A stretch of DNA of 25,525 nucleotides from Caballeronia novacaledonica (GTDB lineage Bacteria; Pseudomonadota; Gammaproteobacteria; Burkholderiales; Burkholderiaceae_F), in NCBI GenBank assembly GCA_048497655.1, contig JBHJND010000458.1, forward strand, positions 1 to 25,525, in the 5' to 3' direction. Both the position numbers and the translations under genes were made by a program. Within the stretch, counting starts at the first letter, position 1, and each line of letters opens with the position of its first letter. Of this stretch, positions 11,238-20,060 are shown piece by piece. The notes beneath the pieces are model-generated. The model was not told the origin of the DNA, made no database searches, and was given only the letters and a program-made list of their open reading frames with translations.

Positions 11238-12299
11238 ATGCGGTGTCATCCGAGGCTGGCGGCGCTGCTGATTGCGGGCAGCGCCTGGACCGGCGCCATG
11301 GCGCAGCCGGGCCCGGGCTGGGTCGTCGACTTCACTTGGAAGTACCAGGCGCAGTCGAGCCGGACGGTGCGCGAGGGCAGGACCGGCCCGGGCGGCGCCG
11401 ACACCCGCATCGCCGCGACGGGCGAGGTGGCGATCGCGGTGGAGACGCGCGGCACGATGGAGTTCAACGACCGCCTGCGCGGGGCGGCCGCGGTCAACAT
11501 GCCGGACGGCCGCAACGAGCAGCGCTACGACTCGTGGCGCTTCAAGGGCCGCAAGCCGGTGTTTGCCTCGGTCGACGTATCGGCGCAACTAGAACAGTCG
11601 GCACGCCTGAACCAGGCCGACGGCGAGGGCTCGAATCTGGTCAACGCAGAACGCAAGGGCCTGATAGGCCGCGTGCAGTACGAGCGGGCGCGCTTCGAAG
11701 TGAAGGCCTCGGGCGACGACGTCGGCTGGCTCGGCGACCACGCCGACCTGCAGATCGACCGTGTGACCAACAAGCTGATGATCATCAACCGCATCGACCT
11801 GCAGGTGAACCGCAAGGCGGTCAAGCCGACGCGGTCGTACGCGAAGCGGATCGACAAGCCGGCCGCCGCCGGCGAATGGGACCGCTCCGGGCCCGACGAG
11901 GACGCCTGGCGGGTGCTGCCGCACATCATGCCGCGCGATGTGATCGAGTTCGACATCCCGCCGGGTGCCGACCGGTTCACGCTGACCCGCGAGTACGACG
12001 CGAGCCAGCTCGCCGATCCCCTGGAATCTCTCGGCTTCCCGTTCCCCGACGACCTTCGCAACGCGGCGAAACTTCGCGATCGGCAGTACCGCGCCCGCGC
12101 CACCCTGACGCTCGACGTGCGTCGACGGGAGAGCGCCGAGGCAGCCGCGCCGGCTGGTGCGACGCCGGCCGCGCCGGCGGCGGCGCCGACGCAGCCCGCG
12201 TCGGCACAGAAGGCGGAACCGGCCAGGCCGGCGCCGCCAAGCGCCACCGACGAGGCGCTCGATGCGGTCAAGAAGCTGCGCGGCCTGCTCGGGCGCTGA
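11238..12299 (+). CDS. Secreted hypothetical protein (beta-rich) with Ala/Pro linker and C-terminal [21 protein letters not shown]
   Basis: GAGGGGA RBS, Sec-type signal peptide [24 protein letters not shown]3-biased codons, no family I recognise. Confidence 0.8.
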   Translation: MRCHPRLAALLIAGSAWTGAMAQPGPGWVVDFTWKYQAQSSRTVREGRTGPGGADTRIAATGEVAIAVETRGTMEFNDRLRGAAAVNMPDGRNEQRYDSWRFKGRKPVFASVDVSAQLEQSARLNQADGEGSNLVNAERKGLIGRVQYERARFEVKASGDDVGWLGDHADLQIDRVTNKLMIINRIDLQVNRKAVKPTRSYAKRIDKPAAAGEWDRSGPDEDAWRVLPHIMPRDVIEFDIPPGADRFTLTREYDASQLADPLESLGFPFPDDLRNAAKLRDRQYRARATLTLDVRRRESAEAAAPAGATPAAPAAAPTQPASAQKAEPARPAPPSATDEALDAVKKLRGLLGR

Positions 12300-12369
12300 G
12301 CGCCGGTCGAAGCGCGCCGCAGGGTCGTCCCACAATCGGCAGGCACACCCAACAAAGAGGGAGCGAACA

Positions 12370-13665
12370 ATGAACAACCGAGGCGTCGTCGTGGCGACGG
12401 GGCTGGCGCTGGCAACTGCCGCGGCGGCACAGACCAAGGGGCCGCAGCAGGTGGTCAAGCCGCCGGTGGCGCAGGCGTGGATCGACGTGGCGACCTTCGC
12501 CGGCATGGGCATGCCGATGGGCGGCGGCGCAGCCGGACCGATGGGCATGCTCGGCGGCATGCTCGGTGGCGGCGCCGGCGCGAAGAACACCTTCGGCATG
12601 ACGCAGGCGGCATCCGCCGGCCGCTGGGTTGACGTGACCCTTTACACCAGCCGCAATCCGAGCCTCGCCGAGGCCCTTCAGTCGGTACCGCAGGGCACTC
12701 AGCTGGCGCCGACGCTGAAGCTGATGTCGCCGACGGAAGAGAAGGGCAAGCCGGTGCGACCCGACGACGACACGCCGATCGAGCGCGACTACGAGCGCCC
12801 CAAGGGCAAGATGCTGCTGTACTGGGGTTGCGGCGAAACCGTGCGGCCCGGCCAGCCGCGGGTGGTCGACTTCGCCACCGCGGCGCCGGCCGACTTCCAG
12901 AAGTTCTTCATCGCCCGCAGCGCCACGCAGCGCGGCACGCATTCCGCCGTCGGCCGGCCGCACTGGCCGAGCCGCGACGACACGCGCATGGTGCCGGCCA
13001 ATGCGTCGCTGGTCGGCGAGCACGGCTTCACCGGGCAGGGCGTGCCGGAGGGATTCCGCTTCGCCATCCCGGCGGCGCAGGACATCATGCCGGCGATCGA
13101 GCTGGCGCAGCGCGACGCCGGCGGCGCCACCGTGCTCGAATGGAAGGCGCTGCCCACGGCGCGCGCCTACTTCGTCGCCGCGATGGGGGCGAAGGAAGGC
13201 AGCCGCGGCGGCGACTCCGTCGAAATGGTGTTCTGGACTTCCAGCGAGGAGCCCGACACCGGCAGCGGCCTGGTCGACTACCAGACCAACGCGGCGGTCG
13301 ACCGCTGGCTGAGGGAAAAGGTGCTGCTGGCGCCGAGCGCGACCACCTGCACCGTGCCGAAGGGCATCTTCGGCCAGGGCGCGATGCTGCGCATGATCGC
13401 CTACGGCACCGAGCTGAACCTCGCCCACCCGCCGCGGCCTGCCGACCCCAAGATCGCCTGGGAGCCGCAGTGGGCGGCCAAGGTGCGCGTCAAGTCGGTC
13501 GCCAGCGCCATGCTCGGCATGGACATGGGCTCGATGATGCGCGGCGGCGGGAAGGAAGAGGCGCCGCCGGCGGCCGAGGCAGCCAAGAAGGACGACAAGC
13601 CGCCGAGCGCCGTCGACGAGGCGCTCGACGCCGCCAAGCGCCTGCGCGGCCTGTTCGGCCGCTGA
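12370..13665 (+). CDS. Secreted hypothetical protein with C-terminal PPSAVDEALDAAKRLRGLFGR
   Basis: AGAGGGAG RBS before ATG 12370, signal peptide ending AAAA-Q, Gly/Met-rich segments, LLYWGCGE motif and two Cys. Confidence 0.85.
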   Translation: MNNRGVVVATGLALATAAAAQTKGPQQVVKPPVAQAWIDVATFAGMGMPMGGGAAGPMGMLGGMLGGGAGAKNTFGMTQAASAGRWVDVTLYTSRNPSLAEALQSVPQGTQLAPTLKLMSPTEEKGKPVRPDDDTPIERDYERPKGKMLLYWGCGETVRPGQPRVVDFATAAPADFQKFFIARSATQRGTHSAVGRPHWPSRDDTRMVPANASLVGEHGFTGQGVPEGFRFAIPAAQDIMPAIELAQRDAGGATVLEWKALPTARAYFVAAMGAKEGSRGGDSVEMVFWTSSEEPDTGSGLVDYQTNAAVDRWLREKVLLAPSATTCTVPKGIFGQGAMLRMIAYGTELNLAHPPRPADPKIAWEPQWAAKVRVKSVASAMLGMDMGSMMRGGGKEEAPPAAEAAKKDDKPPSAVDEALDAAKRLRGLFGR

Positions 13666-13696
13666 GAGGGGCGCCGCGCCGCCACCCTGCAATGAG

Positions 13697-14698
13697 CTAG
13701 GCCAGCCGCGGCAGCGAGAAGGTCGGCTCGACCGTGCCGACGGCGACGCCGCGGTAGCTGCGGATCACGCCCTCGTCGAGCGGTGCCAGCGGCGTGCCGG
13801 CCGGGTCGCCGACCAGCCCCAGTTGCTGCAGCACCGCCAGCGTGGCGACGTGCAGCGCGCGGCGGTTGCCGTCGGCGATGCGGATGGCGATGCCGATGCC
13901 GCGCGAGCGCACGCCGATCGCCTGCACGCCATCGGCGCCGACCTTGCTGACCCAGTCGCCGGCGCCGGCCGTCATCAGCATCAGGTCGCTGCGGTGGGTG
14001 CCGGAGACGAGGTCCGGGTGGCGCCGCATCGCGTAGCCGAGCGCGGCGATTTCCGGCGTCTCGCCCACCGCCAGCCGGCAGAAGGCGTGCGCCAGCGACG
14101 ACAGCGGCATGGCGTAGTTCGGCGCGCTGCAGCCGTCGATGCCCATCGGCAGCTCGCGGCTGCCGGCAAAGCGCTCGACGGTGGCCCGCACCCGTTGCTG
14201 CAGCGGCGAGTCGAGTTCGAGGTAACGCTCCATCGGCTGGCGGTGCATCCGGCAGTACGCCAGGAAGCCGGCGTGCTTGCCCGAGCAGTTGTGATGGAGC
14301 TGGCTGAAGCGCGCGCCGGGCGGCGGGCAGGTCGAGGTGTGCGTGTAGTAGCTCGGCGCGTGGCAGCCGCAGCGCAGGTCGGACTCGCGCGCGCCGATGC
14401 GCTCGAGCATGCGCTGCACGACCCCCACGTGCACCGCCTCGCCGCCGTGGCTGGCGCACATCAGCGCCAGCATCTGCGAGTCGAAGCCGAAGTGCGCCAT
14501 GCCGCCGTCGGCGACGAAGGCGATCGCCTGCAGCGGCTTCAGTGCGGAACGGGTGAAGTTCAGCCCGTGCGCGTCGCCGACGCCGGCCACCAGCTGGCCC
14601 TGCGTGTCGACCACGGCGATCGAGCCGACGTGGACGCACTCGGCGAAGCCGCCGCGCGTGGTGCGGATCAAGGGAACGTGTTCGGGGGCGCTTTTCAT
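13697..14698 (-). CDS. Class 3 (Rhizobium etli-type) L-asparaginase II family protein
   Basis: TRGGFAECVHVGSIAV, RSALKPLQA, CASHGGE, HNCSGKHAGFL, DGCSAP, SKVGADGV. Start at ATG 14698, with TATGAT upstream at 14765-14770 (minus strand). Confidence 0.9.
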   Translation of the reverse strand: MKSAPEHVPLIRTTRGGFAECVHVGSIAVVDTQGQLVAGVGDAHGLNFTRSALKPLQAIAFVADGGMAHFGFDSQMLALMCASHGGEAVHVGVVQRMLERIGARESDLRCGCHAPSYYTHTSTCPPPGARFSQLHHNCSGKHAGFLAYCRMHRQPMERYLELDSPLQQRVRATVERFAGSRELPMGIDGCSAPNYAMPLSSLAHAFCRLAVGETPEIAALGYAMRRHPDLVSGTHRSDLMLMTAGAGDWVSKVGADGVQAIGVRSRGIGIAIRIADGNRRALHVATLAVLQQLGLVGDPAGTPLAPLDEGVIRSYRGVAVGTVEPTFSLPRLA

Positions 14699-14913
14699 CG
14701 GCGAAGTGGCGCTGCGACGGGGCTCGGCGGCCGCTCGCTGCACGCTGGCGAAGGGGTGCGGGCGATCATAGCCGCGCGGCGGCGGGCGGCCGGGGTGCAC
14801 AATCGGCCCTGCCGGCAGCATCGGGCCCGGCGGCGAGTGCGCCAACGGCTGCTGCCCGGACGGTCCGATTGCAGGCGCAGCCGAGCGGCGAACGGTCGGC
14901 GACGGAGGTGGCG

Positions 14914-15327
14914 ATGAACGACCTTCAGGACATCGCGGCGCTGCTCGGCCGCACCTTGCTCGGTCTGATGTTCTTCGTGTCGGGCGTCGAGAAGCTGGGC
15001 GCCTTCGCCGACACGAGCGCCTTCATGTCGGCCGTCGGCCTGCCGGCGGTCAATGTCCTGCTGGTGCTGGCGATCGTCGTCGAGATCGCCGGCGGAGGGG
15101 CGATCTGCCTGGGCTGGAGAACGCGGCTGGCGGCGCTGGCGCTGCTGCTCTTCACCGCGGTCGTCACCATGGTGTTCCACCGCTTCTGGAGCGTGGCGCC
15201 GGATCAGGCCATCGTGCAGCGGCTGATGTTCATGAAGAACCTGTCGATCATGGGCGGCCTGGTGCTGCTCTTCGCGTTCGGTCCCGGCACCCTTTCTTTC
15301 CACTACGAGGGCGAACGGGCGCGGTGA
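14914..15327 (+). CDS. DoxX family membrane protein
   Basis: GGAGG RBS; LLGRTLLGLMFFVSGVEK...VEIAGG...LGWRTRLAA...HRFW...FMKNLSIMGGL. Confidence 0.92.
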   Translation: MNDLQDIAALLGRTLLGLMFFVSGVEKLGAFADTSAFMSAVGLPAVNVLLVLAIVVEIAGGGAICLGWRTRLAALALLLFTAVVTMVFHRFWSVAPDQAIVQRLMFMKNLSIMGGLVLLFAFGPGTLSFHYEGERAR

Positions 15328-15334
15328 CACTCTG

Positions 15335-15352
15335 CCGCCGGTTCGCCGGCGG
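15335..15352. terminator. Hairpin between convergent doxX and diiron-protein genes
   Basis: CCGCCGG-TTCG-CCGGCGG, a perfect 7-bp stem in the 30-bp gap between two convergent stop codons. No U-tract. Confidence 0.45.
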
Positions 15353-15357
15353 ATCGC

Positions 15358-16203
15358 CTACGCCGCGGCCAGCCGCGCCGCCACTTCCTTGCGGTAGCGG
15401 TTCAGTTCCTGCACCGAGCCGAAGGTGCGTTCGAACAGCAGCCCCATGTTGTGCAGGATGCGCTCGACCACCTTGCCTTCCCAGGCGTCGTCGAAGCGGA
15501 TCTGTGCGTCGAGCCAGCGCTCCAGCCAGGCCGGGTCGGGCAGGCGCGACTGCACCGTGTCGTTGGGAAACAGCGCCTTGTTCACGTGCAGGTTGGTCGG
15601 GTGCAGCGCCTGCGCGGTCCGGCGGGCGGAGGCCATCAGCACGCCGACCTTGGCGAATGCCGCGCGCGCGCTGTCGCCGACCTCGGCCAGGTACTTCTTC
15701 ATGTAGCGCAGGTAGGCACCGCCGTGGCGCGCCTCGTCCTGCGACAGCAGCCGGTAGATGTGCCTGATCACCGGCTCGGTGTGCCACTCGGCGGCGCGCC
15801 GGTACCAGTGGTTCAGGCGGATCTCGCCGCAGAAGTGCAGGGTCAGCGTCTCCAGCGCCGGCGCCGGGTCGAACTCGAAGCGCACGGCGTGCAGTTCGTC
15901 CTCGGTCGGCGCCATGTCGGGACGGAAGCGCCGCAGGTATTCCATCAGCACCAGGGCGTGCTTCTGCTCCTCGAAGAACCAGACGCTCATGAACGCCGAG
16001 AAGTCCGAGTCGTGGCGGTTGTCGCGCAGGAACATCTCGGTGGCCGGCAGCGCCGACCACTCGGTGATCGCGTTCATCTTGATCGTCCGCGCCTGCTCGT
16101 CGGACAGCCGGGCGGCGTCGAAGCGGTCCCACGGCACGTCGGTGTCCATGTTCCAGCGCACCGCTTCGAGTGACTTGAACAGTTCCGGGTAGAGCATGCT
16201 CAT
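15358..16203 (-). CDS. Ferritin-like diiron protein, acyl-ACP desaturase-like
   Basis: Diiron ligand pattern TEWSALP / WFFEEQKH / GE / QDEARHG, matching the E..ExxH..E..ExxH layout of soluble acyl-ACP desaturases. Start at 16203 or 16197. Confidence 0.8.
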   Translation of the reverse strand: MSMLYPELFKSLEAVRWNMDTDVPWDRFDAARLSDEQARTIKMNAITEWSALPATEMFLRDNRHDSDFSAFMSVWFFEEQKHALVLMEYLRRFRPDMAPTEDELHAVRFEFDPAPALETLTLHFCGEIRLNHWYRRAAEWHTEPVIRHIYRLLSQDEARHGGAYLRYMKKYLAEVGDSARAAFAKVGVLMASARRTAQALHPTNLHVNKALFPNDTVQSRLPDPAWLERWLDAQIRFDDAWEGKVVERILHNMGLLFERTFGSVQELNRYRKEVAARLAAA

Positions 16204-16217
16204 CGACAGGTTCGCCT

Positions 16218-16646
16218 TCAGCGGGCGGCCCGTCGCTTCAGCGCCCGCATCAATCCACCGAGAAACGGGATCTTCTCATAGAGCTCCTCGGCGGCGTCCC
16301 AGTAGTCGCGGTGGTAGTTCACCCGGCCGTCGGCATCGAAGCGCAGGTGGCTGGCGCCGTGGATCACCTGCTGGCCGTCGCCGAGCCGCCGGTTGCGGAA
16401 GACGAAGTCCCAGGTCAGGAACGCGCCGTCGCCCTCGGCGAGCACCTCGCGCACGACGAAGCGCGGCGAGTCGACCTGCTCGAACATGTGCTCGAAGATG
16501 CGGCGGATCGACTCGACGCCACGCACCTCGTTGAACGGGTCCTTGAACCAGGCGTCGACGGCGTAGATCTCGTCGATGCGCTGCACGGTCTGCGGCGAGA
16601 TCGACTCGAAGAAGGCGCGCACGCGCCCGAGGTCGTCGCCGCTCAT
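16218..16646 (-). CDS. SnoaL-like / NTF2-fold protein
   Basis: MSGDDLGRVRAFFESIS...YAVDAWFKDPFNEVRG...GASHLRFDADGRVNYHRDYWDAAEELYEKIP. ATGA overlap with the upstream SDR. Confidence 0.9.
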   Translation of the reverse strand: MSGDDLGRVRAFFESISPQTVQRIDEIYAVDAWFKDPFNEVRGVESIRRIFEHMFEQVDSPRFVVREVLAEGDGAFLTWDFVFRNRRLGDGQQVIHGASHLRFDADGRVNYHRDYWDAAEELYEKIPFLGGLMRALKRRAAR

Positions 16647-17524
16647 CCGCCGGTCACCCTGCGCACGGCGGCAAACTGCAGCCGGTACGGCAGCAGGCGC
16701 AGCAGCTTCAGCCCGACCGTGAAGCGCTTCGGGTAGTGCACCTCGAAGGCCCCGGCAGCGATTTCGTCGAGCGTGGCGCGCGCCGCGTCCTCGGCCTTCA
16801 TCAGGGCCGGCATCGCGAAGCGGTTCTTCCGCGTCAGCGGCGTGTCGACGAAACCCGGGTTGACCAGGTACACGCCGATGCCCAGCGGCCGCAGGTCGCC
16901 GTACAGCGACTCGGCGAAGTTGATCAGTGCCGCCTTGCTGGCGCCGTAGATCAGCGCCTTCGGCAGGCCGACGTAGCCGGCCACCGAGGCGACGATGCCG
17001 ATGCCGCCGCTGCCCTGCCGCTCGAGCACCGGCAGGATCGCGTCGAAGCAGTTCAGCACGCCGTGCAGGTTGACCTCGAGCAGCCGGCGCGCCCCCTCGA
17101 GGTTCCAGCGCGCCTCGTCGGCGCCGGCCGCGCCGCCGCGGCCGACACGGCCGCGCATTTCCTCGTGCGTGCCGGCCACCACCAGCGCCAGGTCGAAGCC
17201 GCCCCAGGCGGCGACGATCCGGTCGGCGGCGGCGTGCACGCTGGCCGGATCGGTGACGTCGAGCGGCGCGATCAGCGCCTCGCCGTTTCCGCCGGCCACC
17301 GCCTGCAGCAGGTCCCGCCGGCGCGCCGACAGGGCCACCTTCGCCCCGCGGCCGAGCAGGTCGCGGGCGACCGCCTCGCCGATGCCGTAGGAAGCGCCGA
17401 TCACCCACACGCGGCGGCCGCGGTAGCCGGCGAACGGCGGGTTCAGCGGCCCGAGCAGGCCCGGCATCGGCGCCCGGCCGGCGCCTGCCGGTTCGGTTGC
17501 CGGTCGGCGCGCGGCGGCGCTCAT
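16643..17524 (-). CDS. Short-chain dehydrogenase/reductase (ufa-cluster type)
   Basis: IGASYGIG, SVAGYVGLPKALIYGASK, NPGFVDTPLT. ATG 17524 overlaps the DUF3833 stop (ATGA); alternative start at 17467. Confidence 0.9.
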   Translation of the reverse strand: MSAAARRPATEPAGAGRAPMPGLLGPLNPPFAGYRGRRVWVIGASYGIGEAVARDLLGRGAKVALSARRRDLLQAVAGGNGEALIAPLDVTDPASVHAAADRIVAAWGGFDLALVVAGTHEEMRGRVGRGGAAGADEARWNLEGARRLLEVNLHGVLNCFDAILPVLERQGSGGIGIVASVAGYVGLPKALIYGASKAALINFAESLYGDLRPLGIGVYLVNPGFVDTPLTRKNRFAMPALMKAEDAARATLDEIAAGAFEVHYPKRFTVGLKLLRLLPYRLQFAAVRRVTGG

Positions 17525-18069
17525 GAACGCTGGAACGAGATCAGCACTTCGCCGACCCGCAAGCCCCAGAAGGTCATCACGGCGCGGTTGAGCATCACCT
17601 TCTCGTCGATCAGGAACATCCAGTCGTCGAACCCGATGTCGTAGCGCTTGCCTTCCTTCGTCTTCAGCATGAAGGTGTAGGTCCAGTTCAGCGCATTGCC
17701 GGCAACGACGCCGGCGGCCTCGCCCTTGACGTCGGCGGCGGTGCCGCGCCAGCGGCCCGGCTGGCCGGCGACCGGCTGCAGCGTCCACACCCGCTTCTCC
17801 TGTTCGCCGTCGGACCAGGTGAAGTCCTCGTCCAGCGTGCCGGTGTCGCCGTCCCAGCTTGCCCTGATCGTCACCACGAAGCGGCGCTGCACCTGGCCCG
17901 AGCGGTCCATGAACAGGCCGTGGCCGACCAAAGTGCCGTTGAAGTACTGCTTCAGGTCGAGCGCGGGCTTCTCTCGTGCGTAGACCTGCGGGTCGATCGA
18001 TCCGCAGCCGGCGGCGAGAAGCGCCGCGCCGGCGACGGCAACGAGTCGAGTCAGCATTCGCTTGAGCAT
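17521..18069 (-). CDS. DUF3833 family lipoprotein
   Basis: Lipobox LAAG-C; LDLKQYFNG...RRFVV...LDEDFTWSDG...FDDWMFLID. GAGGA RBS. Confidence 0.88.
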   Translation of the reverse strand: MLKRMLTRLVAVAGAALLAAGCGSIDPQVYAREKPALDLKQYFNGTLVGHGLFMDRSGQVQRRFVVTIRASWDGDTGTLDEDFTWSDGEQEKRVWTLQPVAGQPGRWRGTAADVKGEAAGVVAGNALNWTYTFMLKTKEGKRYDIGFDDWMFLIDEKVMLNRAVMTFWGLRVGEVLISFQRS

Positions 18070-18079
18070 TTCCGGTTCC

Positions 18080-19405
18080 TCAGAATCGCCGGCCGCGCCA
18101 GGCGACGGCGAGCAGGGCGGCGGCGGCGAGCTTCAGCCCGCAGGGCACCACCGCGTAGGTGAAGGCCAGCGCATCGAGCGCCACGGCCTCGCGCGCGCCA
18201 CGCGCGTAGCCCAGTGCGTCGAGGATCGCCAGCGCCAGAGCGCCGGCCACCGCCAGCACCAGCTTGTTGGCGAAGTTCCATAGCCCGAAGTAGGCGCCTT
18301 CACGCTGGCCGTTGTGGCCGTTGGCGTCGATCACCCGTGCCAGAAGGGCGGGCGGCAGCGCCAGGTCGGCACCGAAGGCCAGCCCGGACAGCAGGCAGAT
18401 CGCCGCGAAGCCGGCGGCCGCGCCCGCCGGCAGCCACCAGGCCCAGACGAACGCCACCACCGCCGCCACCATGGCGGCGAGCCACAGCGCGTGCAGGCTG
18501 AAGCGGCGCGCCAGACGCATCCAAAGCGGCATGCTGGCGGCGCCGGCCAGGAAGTACGCGGCGAGGAATATCGGCGCATAGGCAGCCAGGCCGAGCCGGT
18601 CGGAGACGAAGAACAGGAACACGGTGGCGGTGATCGAAGGTGCCAGGGCATTGAGCGCGAACACGCCGAGCAGCCAGCGCGTGTTGCGCGCTGCCAGCGG
18701 CACCACGAAGGCCAGGTAGGGGTTGCCGGGCGGCAGCGGCCGCGCCTGCGGCGGCCGCGGCGCGCGCCACGCCAGCGCTGCCAGCCCGAGCACCAGCAGT
18801 ACGACCAGCGCCGCCGTGGCCGCGCCCTAGCCCGCCAGCTGCGGCAGGCTGCCGCCGGCCAGCACGCCGATCAGCCCCGCGCCCTCGCGGGCGCCGGTGA
18901 TGCGCGCGCGGCCGGCATCGTCGTGCGCCAGTTCCGCGCCCCAGGCCTGGTAGGCGACGATCGCCAGCGAGTAGCCGAGGTAGGCCGCCGCCAGCGTGAA
19001 GAACAGCCACGCCGCCTGAGCGCCGAGATCGAGCGACTGCGGCGGCCTGAAGACCAGGTGGAACGCGGCGGCGAGCAGCGGTGCGGCGAGCAGGATCGGC
19101 CGCAGGTAAGAGCCGCGCGCCTTCTGCGCATCGACCCAGCTGCCGAGCAGCGGATCGGCCACCGCGTCGATGAGCCGCGTCGCCAGCAGGAGCAGGCCGA
19201 TGGTCTGCAGCGACAGGGCCGTGTGCTGCGCGTAGAAGTCGGGCAGGAGGATGTTCAGCGGCAGCGCCGTCATCATCAGCGGCAGCGCGAGCAGGCTGTA
19301 TGCGCCGAGCGCCGCTGCCGAGCCGGCGCGGCCGCTTGATGGGCGCACCGCCACCGCGCCGGATGCGCAAGGCACGGGTTGCGCGGAGGCGAGCGGCGGC
19401 GTCAT
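18080..19405 (-). pseudogene. MFS transporter (MFS_2/GPH type) interrupted by an in-frame TAG at 18827-18829
   Basis: The N-half (RLIDAVADPLLGSWVD, YQAWGAEL, RARITGARE) and C-half (GADLALPPALLARVID, EGAYFGLWNFANKL) are in one frame, 442 codons including the terminal stop. They are separated only by ...LAG-TAG-GAATAALVVLLVLGLAALAW... Confidence 0.85.
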
Positions 19406-19415
19406 GAGCCGCGGC

Positions 19416-20060
19416 TCAGGTCCCCGCCGTGCGGGCCGGCGCGGTCTTCAGCAGGTCCTCGCGCAGGCGGGGCGCCTTGGTGCGCTCGTCGAGCCAGATG
19501 GCGAAGAAGGCGCGCGCGAATGCCGGCTCGTCGATGCTGCCCAGGAACCGGCCATCGAAGTAGAAGCGCGCGCCGCTGCCCGGCACGTTCACGCCGGCAA
19601 GCCGGCGGCCTCTCTCGACATCGGGGAAGAGCTTCAGCATCTGCTCGTGCCAGCGCGCCCGCTGTGCCTGGGTGCCGAAGCCGAGCCGCTCGATCTCGTC
19701 GCGGCTGGCATCGGCGATGCCCCTGCCGTCGAGCCGGCGCGCGTAGGTCAGCTCGAGGACGAAGCGCTGCGTCGTCGGGTCGGCGAGGTCGAACCGGGCC
19801 GGCGCGTAGAGCGCGGCGTCGTAGACGTGCAGGCCGAACCAGGTCAGGCGGCCGCTGCCGGCCGGCGGCAGGTCGCCGACATACTCGCGCACGTGCGCCG
19901 GCGCCGGCGTGCCGGCGGTCACGGCGGGACTCGCGGCGGCCTGCCCGGCGACGGCCGTGGCGGCCACCAGCAGGGCCGCTGCCGCGAGCCTGCCCGGCGA
20001 CGTCGCCCCGGCGCGCCGCGCTGCCGCCTCAGGCCTTCTCGAGCGTGTACTGCGTGACAT
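19416..20060 (-). CDS. Chalcone isomerase-like family protein (exported)
   Basis: Signal-like N-terminus; GSGRLTWFGLHVYDAALY, LELTYARRLDG, FARAFFAIWLDERT. The 5' end overlaps the methyltransferase 3' end by 32 nt, so the start is uncertain. Confidence 0.85.
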   Translation of the reverse strand: MSRSTRSRRPEAAARRAGATSPGRLAAAALLVAATAVAGQAAASPAVTAGTPAPAHVREYVGDLPPAGSGRLTWFGLHVYDAALYAPARFDLADPTTQRFVLELTYARRLDGRGIADASRDEIERLGFGTQAQRARWHEQMLKLFPDVERGRRLAGVNVPGSGARFYFDGRFLGSIDEPAFARAFFAIWLDERTKAPRLREDLLKTAPARTAGT

